Notes under the pieces: model-generated
Told to the model about the DNA's origin: nothing
The model's database searches: none
What the model saw: the letters and a program-made list of their open reading frames with translations, nothing else
From: Paracoccaceae bacterium
GTDB taxonomy: Bacteria > Pseudomonadota > Alphaproteobacteria > Rhodobacterales > Rhodobacteraceae
Direction of reading: 5' to 3'
NCBI GenBank assembly: GCA_037969545.1
Contig: JBBKXP010000287.1
Location: 1 to 42,475, forward strand
DNA: 42,475 bases
Position numbers and translations under genes: made by a program
Shown: positions 9,020 through 16,519 of the stretch, piece after piece
Position numbering within the stretch: position 1 is the first letter of the stretch
How the letters are laid out: each line of letters begins with the position of its first letter

Positions 9020-10549
9020 TCAGCGCAGTCCGGGTTCATCGCTGAACACGGCGCCGACCGGCAGGGTCGGGATGAACCGGTCGAGCGCCGCAAGGATCGG
9101 CGCGACGCGGTCCTTGTCGGTGGCATAGAACGCCACCGCGTTGCCGCCGACAAAGCCCTGCGGCACTTGCAGGTCAAGCGTGCCCAGACGCACCCAGTTC
9201 GGCCCCACAACGTCCGGCAGGGACCAGTCGTAGATCATCACCAGACCGACCTGTCGCGCCGCAAGGAGCGTGTCGGCCCAACCGACCCGGCGGTCATCCG
9301 CCGTGCGCAGCCGGAACGTGGTTTCCGAGGCCAGCCCGTAAAGATCGACTACTTCTGACGGGTTCTGCCAGGCGACCCGGCCAATATCGTTGACCGCAAC
9401 GGGTTCGCGCCAATAGTCGCGGGCAAATCGCGCCATTTGCGTTTGTTGCAGATAGACCGCCGCCGAACTTGCCGGGCCGTCTTTCCAGAGTGTGCGCCAG
9501 TGCAGCCAGCCGGGCACGCCGATAAGTATCGCCAGTGCGATCAGCCCGCGCGGCAGGTTTCGCAAATACGGCACAAGCAGCGGGATCAGTGCTGCAGTAC
9601 TTCCCGAAATGATATAGTTTTCATAGCGGTAGGCCCAGCCGATCCGGCCAAAGGCAAGGTGCATAAGACCCGCGATGGCCGCCACGACCGCAACCTTGCC
9701 GGTCGCGGTTCGCCACCCTGCGACACCGAACATTGACAATACCAGCACCAGCGCCATCAGAAACGTGCCCGCCGGTTGGCGCAGACTGTTCAAGAATCCG
9801 CCATCGATCTGCAACGTGCCGCCTGCCTGCGCCAGTTTCAGGGTCACCGAAGTAGGTAGCGGGCCCAATCCAACGGCGTAGAGTTGGGCGACAAAGGCCG
9901 CGACCGGAATCAGGGCGGCGATTCCGACAATCACTCCGGCGCGCAACCGTCCCGAACCGATCAGCACCAAGGCTGCAGCCCCTGAAAACCCCAAACCCTC
10001 AAGCCGGACGGCCGGACCCAGAACCGCGCCCACGATTAGCAGGACCGCGATGCCACTGTCGCGTTGCAACGTCTGCCAAAGCCCGAGGATCAGTGCAAAC
10101 GTCGCCGCCAGATGCAGCGTATGCTCCATGCCCAGATAGGCAATCCCGGCCATGTTCAGGGCGATTGGCCCCAGAACACTCAGGGCCAGCCCGATTACCA
10201 TGTCGGGATTGGCCTTTTCGACAATGCTGCCCCACAGCCAGGCCGCTGCGACCAGCCCGCCGACATTGATGAACAGCGGGATCAGTCGCGCCACGGGGCC
10301 ACCGGCAAATGGGAACAGAAGCAGCGGATAAAGGAACGACGAATCCGCTGATGCGGCCTCGCCCGGATTGATGCCGTAGCCGCCATTGGCTATCTGTTCG
10401 GCCATCGCCATATGGATGTATACGTCATCCAGCGGGTATTCGAACACGCCGTTGGTCCGCAACATCCCCAGGCCGATCAACAGGCAAAGCCAGCCAAGCG
10501 CGGCGAAGACCGCCAACAGGGGCAACCTGGGCAGGACAGCCTTGGCCAT
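9020..10549 (-). CDS. polytopic inner-membrane protein, possible GT-C-fold glycosyltransferase
   Basis: 509-aa ORF with about 10 or more hydrophobic helices. An acidic DDVYIH motif follows the first helix, and there is a ~150-aa soluble C-terminal domain. The ATG at 10549 directly abuts the pccA stop (10550-10552). Confidence 0.65.
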   Translation of the reverse strand: MAKAVLPRLPLLAVFAALGWLCLLIGLGMLRTNGVFEYPLDDVYIHMAMAEQIANGGYGINPGEAASADSSFLYPLLLFPFAGGPVARLIPLFINVGGLVAAAWLWGSIVEKANPDMVIGLALSVLGPIALNMAGIAYLGMEHTLHLAATFALILGLWQTLQRDSGIAVLLIVGAVLGPAVRLEGLGFSGAAALVLIGSGRLRAGVIVGIAALIPVAAFVAQLYAVGLGPLPTSVTLKLAQAGGTLQIDGGFLNSLRQPAGTFLMALVLVLSMFGVAGWRTATGKVAVVAAIAGLMHLAFGRIGWAYRYENYIISGSTAALIPLLVPYLRNLPRGLIALAILIGVPGWLHWRTLWKDGPASSAAVYLQQTQMARFARDYWREPVAVNDIGRVAWQNPSEVVDLYGLASETTFRLRTADDRRVGWADTLLAARQVGLVMIYDWSLPDVVGPNWVRLGTLDLQVPQGFVGGNAVAFYATDKDRVAPILAALDRFIPTLPVGAVFSDEPGLR

Positions 10550-12547
10550 CTAGTCGAACTCCATGATCACGTCGTCGACCGCCAGACTGCTGCCAGCACT
10601 GGCGATGACCTTCTTGACGGTAGCCTTGCGTTCGGCACGCAGGATATTCTCCATCTTCATCGCCTCGACGGTGCACAGTGCCTGGCCTTCCTGCACTTCG
10701 TCGCCGGTCCCCACGCTGATCTTGACGATCAGGCCGGGCATCGGGCAGAGCAGATACTTCGATGTATCGGGGGCCTGCTTTACCGGCATCAGCGCCGCGA
10801 GTTCGGCCTGTCGCGGGGTGCGCACATGCACTGCCAGATCGGCACCACGCCAGCGGATCCGAAAGCCCCCCGAGACCTTGGCGACTTTCAGCACCAGCGG
10901 CGCGTCGTCGACTTCGAGGCGGGCCAGCGGCTGGCCGGGGGTCCAACCGCTTTCCACCCTGATGGATTGACCGTCAATCGCAACGTCGGCACCGCTGCGA
11001 TCGGCAGTGATCCGCACCTTGAAGGATCGCCGCTGCAGGCTGACCACCCATTCCTCGCCGACGTGGCGTTCGTGGTTGTCCATCCGGCCGCTGATCCGGG
11101 CGCGGCGAATTTCCGCAACCCGGTTCATCGCGGCGCAGGCGGCGGCGATGCGGATCAAGGCGGGTTCGGGCAAGTCGACACCGTTGAACCCGTCCGGAAA
11201 TTCCTCGGCAATGAATGCCGTGGTCATGTTTCCGCTGGTGAATTTCGGATGATCCATGACAGCGGCGAGGAAAGGAAGGTTGTGGCCAATCCCTTCAAGC
11301 TCGAAGGCGTCCAGGGCCAGCCGCATTTCCTCGATCGCGGCGGCGCGGTCGGGGGCCCAGGTGCAGAGCTTGGCGATCATCGGGTCGTAATACATGCTGA
11401 TCTCTCCGCCCTCGAAGACGCCGGTATCGTTGCGCACGGCGCGGGTCGGTGTCGTTTCTTCGACGGGCGGGCGGTAGCGCGACAGACGACCGATCGAGGG
11501 CAGGAAACCGCGATAGGGATCCTCGGCATACAGACGCGATTCAATCGCCCAGCCGTTGATTTTCAGGTCTTTTTGGGTGAAAGGCAGCTTTTCACCCGCT
11601 GCCACGCGGATCATCTGTTCGACCAGATCGATCCCGGTGATCAGTTCGGTCACCGGATGTTCGACCTGCAATCTGGTATTCATTTCGAGAAAGTAGAAAT
11701 TGCGCTTGCCATCGACGATGAACTCGACGGTGCCGGCACTGGCATAGCCGACGGCCTTGGCCAGCGCGACGGCCTGTTCGCCCATCGCTTTTCGGGTCTT
11801 GGCGTCAAGAAAGGGCGACGGCGCTTCTTCGATGACCTTTTGGTTACGGCGCTGGATGCTGCATTCGCGCTCGTGCAGATAAACGGTATTGCCGTGCGTA
11901 TCGGCCAATACCTGTATTTCGATGTGGCGCGGCTGAGTGACGAATTTCTCGATGAAAATGCGGTCGTCGCCGAAACTGGCGGCGGCTTCGTTCTTGGACG
12001 ACTGAAACCCCTCGCGGGCCTCGTTGTCGTCCCAGGCGATGCGCATGCCCTTGCCGCCGCCACCGGCGCTGGCCTTGATCATCACCGGATAACCGACCTG
12101 ATTGCTGATTTTCACCGCCTCGTCGGCATCCGCGATCAGACCCATGTAGCCCGGTACGGTGCTGACATCAGCATCCTGCGCGATCTTTTTCGAGGTGATC
12201 TTGTCACCCATCTTTTCAATCGCGCCGACCGGCGGGCCGATAAAGGCGACCCCGGCCTTTTCAAGGGCCATGGCGAATTTCGGGTTTTCCGACAGGAAGC
12301 CGTAGCCGGGATGCACGGCCTCGGCGCCCGTTGCCTTGACCGCCGCCATGACCCTGTCGATGACGATATAAGACTGATTGGCAGGCGACGGGCCGATGTG
12401 CACTGCCTCGTCCGCCATCCGGACGTGCAAGGCGTTGCGGTCGGCGTCGGCGTATATCGCGACGGTCTTGATTCCCATGCGGCGGGCCGTCTTGATGACC
12501 CGACAGGCGATTTCGCCGCGGTTCGCGATCAGAATTTTCTTGAACAT
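10550..12547 (-). CDS. pccA: propionyl-CoA carboxylase alpha subunit (biotin carboxylase + BCCP)
   Basis: ORF 10550..12589 trimmed to the ATG at 12547 (MFKKILIANRGEIACRVIKTARRMGIKTVAIY...). It has the ATP-grasp biotin carboxylase core and the C-terminal biotinylation motif EAMKMEN. It sits in a cluster with pccB and the mutase. Confidence 0.9.
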   Translation of the reverse strand: MFKKILIANRGEIACRVIKTARRMGIKTVAIYADADRNALHVRMADEAVHIGPSPANQSYIVIDRVMAAVKATGAEAVHPGYGFLSENPKFAMALEKAGVAFIGPPVGAIEKMGDKITSKKIAQDADVSTVPGYMGLIADADEAVKISNQVGYPVMIKASAGGGGKGMRIAWDDNEAREGFQSSKNEAAASFGDDRIFIEKFVTQPRHIEIQVLADTHGNTVYLHERECSIQRRNQKVIEEAPSPFLDAKTRKAMGEQAVALAKAVGYASAGTVEFIVDGKRNFYFLEMNTRLQVEHPVTELITGIDLVEQMIRVAAGEKLPFTQKDLKINGWAIESRLYAEDPYRGFLPSIGRLSRYRPPVEETTPTRAVRNDTGVFEGGEISMYYDPMIAKLCTWAPDRAAAIEEMRLALDAFELEGIGHNLPFLAAVMDHPKFTSGNMTTAFIAEEFPDGFNGVDLPEPALIRIAAACAAMNRVAEIRRARISGRMDNHERHVGEEWVVSLQRRSFKVRITADRSGADVAIDGQSIRVESGWTPGQPLARLEVDDAPLVLKVAKVSGGFRIRWRGADLAVHVRTPRQAELAALMPVKQAPDTSKYLLCPMPGLIVKISVGTGDEVQEGQALCTVEAMKMENILRAERKATVKKVIASAGSSLAVDDVIMEFD

Positions 12548-12575
12548 TATCGGGGCTTTCCAAGGGGCAGGCACG

Positions 12576-12607
12576 AAAAAGGCCACCACGCGCGGGGCGT
12601 GGTGGCC
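12576..12607 (-). terminator. intrinsic terminator downstream of the 68-aa lipoprotein gene and 28 nt upstream of the pccA ATG
   Basis: Reverse-strand RNA reads GGCCACCACGC-CCCGC-GCGUGGUGGCC followed by UUUUU. That is a perfect 11-bp GC-rich stem (12581-12591 / 12597-12607), a 5-nt loop and a T-tract (12576-12580). Confidence 0.7.
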
Positions 12608-12637
12608 TGAATTGATCCGGCACTGACGGTGGTCGTG

Positions 12638-12844
12638 CTAGCAGCGCGAAGGATAGGTCTGACAGTAAAGCGCGTTGCCTGCCGCACCGACGACGGCACC
12701 GGTGGCAATGTCGCCATCAAGGACGGCTGCTGTGGCGGCGCCGGCGCCTGCACCATAGAGCGCCTGCTCGCCCAGATTATCGCCGCATCCGGCGAGGGTT
12801 GCAGCAGTGAAACCAACGGCACAGAGCTTGAGGATGTAGGACAT
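12638..12844 (-). CDS. small glycine-zipper lipoprotein
   Basis: 68 aa. It has a lipobox LAGC, a Gly/Ala-rich zipper (GAGAGAATAAVLDGDIATGAVVGAAG), a C-terminal C-x6-C, and a GGAGA RBS 6 nt upstream of the ATG. Confidence 0.65.
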   Translation of the reverse strand: MSYILKLCAVGFTAATLAGCGDNLGEQALYGAGAGAATAAVLDGDIATGAVVGAAGNALYCQTYPSRC

Positions 12845-12982
12845 GGTCGTTCTCCATTCTGTTCATCGCATAAGATAACGCCGCGGCCGCGTGTTGGTTC
12901 CCATTTCCCATAACGCTCAGGCCGCACGACATGCAGTAATTCGCCGCGACGGCCATGTCGTCTGACTGAAGCCCTCGCGGGA

Positions 12983-13186
12983 TCAGCGGCAGATACGGGT
13001 GACTTCGTCGCAAAGCGCGCCGGCGGCCCCGCCGATAAGCGCGCCAGTGACCGGGTCGACCCCAACGGCACCGGCAACGACCGCGCCACCGGCGGCGCCG
13101 ACAAGGCCGCGCTGGAGGTCGTTTTCAAGACATGCCGAGAGGCTGACGAGCGCTGTTGCGGCCAGGATGAGACGGAGTTTAAACAT
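12983..13186 (-). CDS. small glycine-zipper lipoprotein (paralogue of 12638..12844)
   Basis: 67 aa with the same architecture: lipobox LSAC, a Gly/Ala zipper (GAAGGAVVAGAVGVDPVTGALIGGAAG) and a C-terminal C-x6-C. Confidence 0.6.
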   Translation of the reverse strand: MFKLRLILAATALVSLSACLENDLQRGLVGAAGGAVVAGAVGVDPVTGALIGGAAGALCDEVTRICR

Positions 13187-13312
13187 GCGGAACTGCCCTT
13201 TTTGGTGTTGCTATTGCGGGCAGAATCGTCTGAACCGTCGAATTTGACAACAGGAATCTGCGGCGGATGGGTGGAGGCGGCCAAAACCCCCGCAGCGATG
13301 GACCAAATAGGG

Positions 13313-13342
13313 ACCGGCCTAATCCAACGTGGATCAGGCCGG
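13313..13342. other. stable hairpin in a 337-bp intergenic region
   Basis: ACCGGCCTAATCCA-ACG-TGGATCAGGCCGG gives a 13-14 bp stem with one G-U/A-C position. No clear U-tract on either strand. Confidence 0.3.
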
Positions 13343-13523
13343 CTAGGGGAAGGGTAACGGTTTTGACAATGTGTGGCAGTCAACTTGCTGGATAAACCAA
13401 CCACACCCCGTTTTTGGCACTGGTTTGCGAGGTGCGCAACAGGCCAGATCCGGGGAGAGTGAAAATCGGCAAACTCCCGCCATAATTGCAATGGCAACGG
13501 CAAAAAGACGCCGATGCGCACAA

Positions 13524-13868
13524 TCATGGAACAATCTCTGGGAAACTGGCGCGGGCGCGGGCGACATTGATCCGTAACAGCGCGTCATAGCTGGCGGGAT
13601 CGAACGGATCCTCGGCCGGGATCACTTCGCGGCCGAAGAACCAGCTGAGGCGGCCTGCGTCCAGATTACCGCGCCGAAACGGATCATCGCCGAAACACGC
13701 CCAAAGTGCGGCCATGAAGCCGTCGTCGGCCCGCCGGTCGGCCGCACGGCGATCGCGAAACCGTTCGCGGGCGATCAAAGGCGTGGCACCAATCTTGGCG
13801 GCCCGCCGAATGGTGAACTGGAAATCGGTGCCGGGAAGGCGACCGGGAAATCCGCGGTGCTTTTCCAT
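13524..13868 (-). CDS. hypothetical protein (no signal peptide, no family recognised)
   Basis: 114-aa ORF with coding-like codon usage. A GGAG-type RBS (GGCGGAGTGACTGAATG) and an in-frame TGA lie immediately upstream of the ATG. Confidence 0.55.
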   Translation of the reverse strand: MEKHRGFPGRLPGTDFQFTIRRAAKIGATPLIARERFRDRRAADRRADDGFMAALWACFGDDPFRRGNLDAGRLSWFFGREVIPAEDPFDPASYDALLRINVARARASFPEIVP

Positions 13869-13932
13869 TCAGTCACTCCGCCCGACAGACCAGAGGTATG
13901 GCGGGGCAGGACGCGTTGCCTGCCCCGATCGC

Positions 13933-14079
13933 TTAGTTGTATTTGCCGGTATAGACCGGTTCGACGGTAACCGCCTGGGGTGCGGCCACATAAGTGTCCG
14001 AAACCTGGCCCTTGTTGCCGCAAGCAGCGACAACGGCAAGCAAAGTGACGGCCGTAAAGGCCTTGAGGCTTGTCGGCAT
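13933..14079 (-). CDS. 48-aa lipoprotein (below the ORF-track size cut-off)
   Basis: My own translation is MPTSLKAFTAVTLLAVVAACGNKGQVSDTYVAAPQAVTVEPVYTGKYN, ending in TAA. It has a lipobox VAAC and a strong AGGAGA RBS 6 nt upstream of the ATG at 14079. I prefer it over the overlapping Arg-rich ORF 13869..14270. Confidence 0.55.
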   Translation of the reverse strand: MPTSLKAFTAVTLLAVVAACGNKGQVSDTYVAAPQAVTVEPVYTGKYN

Positions 14080-14269
14080 GAGATTCTCCTGTTTCTGCCC
14101 GTCAGGGCCCGCCGGTCTGGTTGCCGGTTTAGGGTCCGCTGAACACGGAGCAGGCTACAGGAACCCGCGCGTTCGGGATAGCAGCGCAGGCGCGGAAGCG
14201 GTGGCTGTGACAGCATTGCATCAACTGCCCCGGCACATGCACGACGGATCGCAAGATATTGTGGACACA

Positions 14270-14668
14270 TCAGAATTGTTCCCAGATGCAGGTGCCGGCG
14301 GTGATCCTGAAAGGTTCGAAATATTGTGTCGCGTCCGGCGAAATTTCGCCGAAGGTCACGGGGCGGTCCATCAGTGTGATGATGATTTCGGCCACCTCTT
14401 GCCCGGCTTCGGTAAGGGCCGGCAACGCATAGCTGTCGCAGAGTAGCTGAAAATCGTCGGCGACGGCGTCATAACTCAGCGCCTCGCCGGCCGGGTCGAT
14501 GGCCGGGGCAAGAAAGCGAAATCGCGCCACCTCGGGGGCGGCGTCCATGATCACGTCGTGCAAGGTGACCGTGAGGCCGGAGGGCAGGGAAATCTCCTGC
14601 GCTGTGGCGGCGCCGGCCCACAGCAGCATGGCCATGAACGCGGCGCCCTTAATGATGGTTCTCTGCAT
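14270..14668 (-). CDS. secreted hypothetical protein
   Basis: 132 aa. The signal peptide is MQRTIIKGAAFMAMLLWAGAATAQ. The acidic mature part has two Cys. It lies directly downstream of pccB. Confidence 0.65.
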   Translation of the reverse strand: MQRTIIKGAAFMAMLLWAGAATAQEISLPSGLTVTLHDVIMDAAPEVARFRFLAPAIDPAGEALSYDAVADDFQLLCDSYALPALTEAGQEVAEIIITLMDRPVTFGEISPDATQYFEPFRITAGTCIWEQF

Positions 14669-14731
14669 GTTTCTTTCGGCCTCAAATATTCCCGGGGGGG
14701 TCGGGGGGCAGGCAGCCCCACCGGCGCTTCA

Positions 14732-16258
14732 TCAAAGCGGAATGTTATCGTGCTTTTTCCACGGGTTCTGCAACGATTTGCCGCGCAGCGACGCAAATGC
14801 GCGACAGATCCGCTTGCGGGTCGAATGCGGCATGATCACCTCGTCGACAAAGCCCTTTTCGGCGGCGACAAAGGGGTTGGCGAACCGGTTCTCGTATTCC
14901 TTGGTGCGCGCCGCGATTTCTTCGGGGGTGCGGCCGCGATAGATGATCTCGGTCGCGCCCTTGGCGCCCATCACTGCGATTTCCGCGGTTGGCCAGGCAT
15001 AGTTGAAATCACCGCGCAAGTGCTTGGACGCCATCACGTCATAGGCACCGCCATAGGCCTTGCGGGTGATCACGGTGACCTTGGGCACAGTCGCCTCGCC
15101 ATAGGCGAACAGCAGTTTCGCGCCGTGCTTGATGACGCCGCCGAATTCCTGTGCGGTGCCAGGCAGAAAGCCAGGCACGTCGACAAGGGTCAGGATCGGG
15201 ATTTCAAAGGCGTCGCAGAAGCGCACGAAACGGGCCGCCTTGCGGGATGCGTCGATGTCCAGACAGCCGGCCAGTACCATCGGCTGGTTTGCCACGACGC
15301 CGACGGTCGAGCCTTCGAGCCGGATGAAGCCGGTGACAATGTTGCGGGCGTAATCCTTTTGAATCTCGAAGATATCCGACTCGTCCGCCAGCTTCAGGAT
15401 CAGTTCCTTCATATCGTAGGGGGTGTGGGCGCTGTCCGGGATCAGGGTGTCAAGACTGGGTTCGATGCGGTTCACATCGTCAAAGAACGGGCGCACCGGG
15501 GGTTTCTGGCGGTTGTTCAGGGGCAGCAGGTCGATCAGGCGGCGGGCCTCGGCCAAGGCCTCGACATCGTTTTCAAAGGCGCCGTCGGCAACCGACGATT
15601 TGCGGGTATGGGTGCTGGCTCCGCCCAGTTCTTCGGCGGTCACCACCTCGTTGGTTACGGTTTTCACCACATCGGGACCGGTGACGAACATGTAGCTTGT
15701 ATCTTTCACCATGAAGATGAAGTCGGTCATTGCCGGAGAATAAACCGCGCCACCGGCGCAGGGCCCCATGATCAGGCTGATCTGCGGCACCACGCCGCTT
15801 GCCATGATGTTGCGCTGAAACACCTCGGCGTAACCGGCAAGGGATGCCACGCCTTCCTGAATCCGCGCGCCGCCGCTGTCGTTGATGCCGATCACCGGGG
15901 CGCCGTTCTGCATTGCCATGTCCATGATCTTGCAAATCTTGGCGGCGTGGGTTTCCGACAGGGAACCGCCGAAAACCGTGAAGTCCTGACTGAACAGATA
16001 GATCATCCTGCCGTTGACGGTGCCCCAGCCGGTAACCACGCCATCACCTGCCGGACGGTCCTGTTCCAGACCAAAATCGGTGCAGCGATGTACGACGAAC
16101 ATGTCGAATTCCTCGAAACTGCCCTCGTCCAACAGCAGATCGATGCGTTCGCGCGCGGTCAGCTTGCCCTTGCCGTGCTGTGCGGCGATCCGCGCCACGC
16201 CGCCCCCGGCCCTGGCTTTTTCGCGACGCGCCTCAAGCTCGGTCAGAATGTCGGTCAT
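14732..16258 (-). CDS. pccB: propionyl-CoA carboxylase beta subunit (carboxyltransferase)
   Basis: ORF 14732..16342 trimmed to the ATG at 16258 ([20 protein letters not shown]...), giving 508 aa. Typical acyl-CoA carboxyltransferase blocks are present ([42 protein letters not shown]). Confidence 0.93.
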   Translation of the reverse strand: MTDILTELEARREKARAGGGVARIAAQHGKGKLTARERIDLLLDEGSFEEFDMFVVHRCTDFGLEQDRPAGDGVVTGWGTVNGRMIYLFSQDFTVFGGSLSETHAAKICKIMDMAMQNGAPVIGINDSGGARIQEGVASLAGYAEVFQRNIMASGVVPQISLIMGPCAGGAVYSPAMTDFIFMVKDTSYMFVTGPDVVKTVTNEVVTAEELGGASTHTRKSSVADGAFENDVEALAEARRLIDLLPLNNRQKPPVRPFFDDVNRIEPSLDTLIPDSAHTPYDMKELILKLADESDIFEIQKDYARNIVTGFIRLEGSTVGVVANQPMVLAGCLDIDASRKAARFVRFCDAFEIPILTLVDVPGFLPGTAQEFGGVIKHGAKLLFAYGEATVPKVTVITRKAYGGAYDVMASKHLRGDFNYAWPTAEIAVMGAKGATEIIYRGRTPEEIAARTKEYENRFANPFVAAEKGFVDEVIMPHSTRKRICRAFASLRGKSLQNPWKKHDNIPL

Positions 16259-16314
16259 CGTCGTCCCCTGATTTTTCACCACCCTAACCGCGCGGGAGTC
16301 AGGGTAAAAGATGG

Positions 16315-16332
16315 TTTGCGCAAATTTGCAAA
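16315..16332. promoter_or_regulatory. putative ScfR/PccR operator (TTTGCGCAAA + TTTGCAAA palindromes)
   Basis: A perfect 10-nt palindrome TTTGCGCAAA (16315-16324) abuts a perfect 8-nt palindrome TTTGCAAA (16325-16332), 57-74 nt upstream of the pccB ATG. A related AATTGCAAAT lies at 16356-16365. Confidence 0.5.
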
Positions 16333-16519
16333 TCCAATACATGTTCCCGCGCTATAATTGCAAATCTGCTAATTCCTCCGGCCTTGCTATGACTTTCCGG
16401 CGGCGCGCCGGGACGCGACCCATTTGTGCGGCCCGGCCTTGGTACAAGGTTTATTTTCGCACAGTTCGGGCGCGCCGTCCGACATGGACAAGCCCGCGAC
16501 GGAGGCATAATGCGACTCC

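Noticed and set aside
13869-14270. 133-aa reverse-strand ORF covering the pccB-proximal intergenic area
   Set aside because: Its composition is Arg/Pro/Ser-rich and it has no RBS. The 48-aa lipoprotein frame (13933..14079), with a strong AGGAGA RBS and a lipobox, explains the coding signal better.
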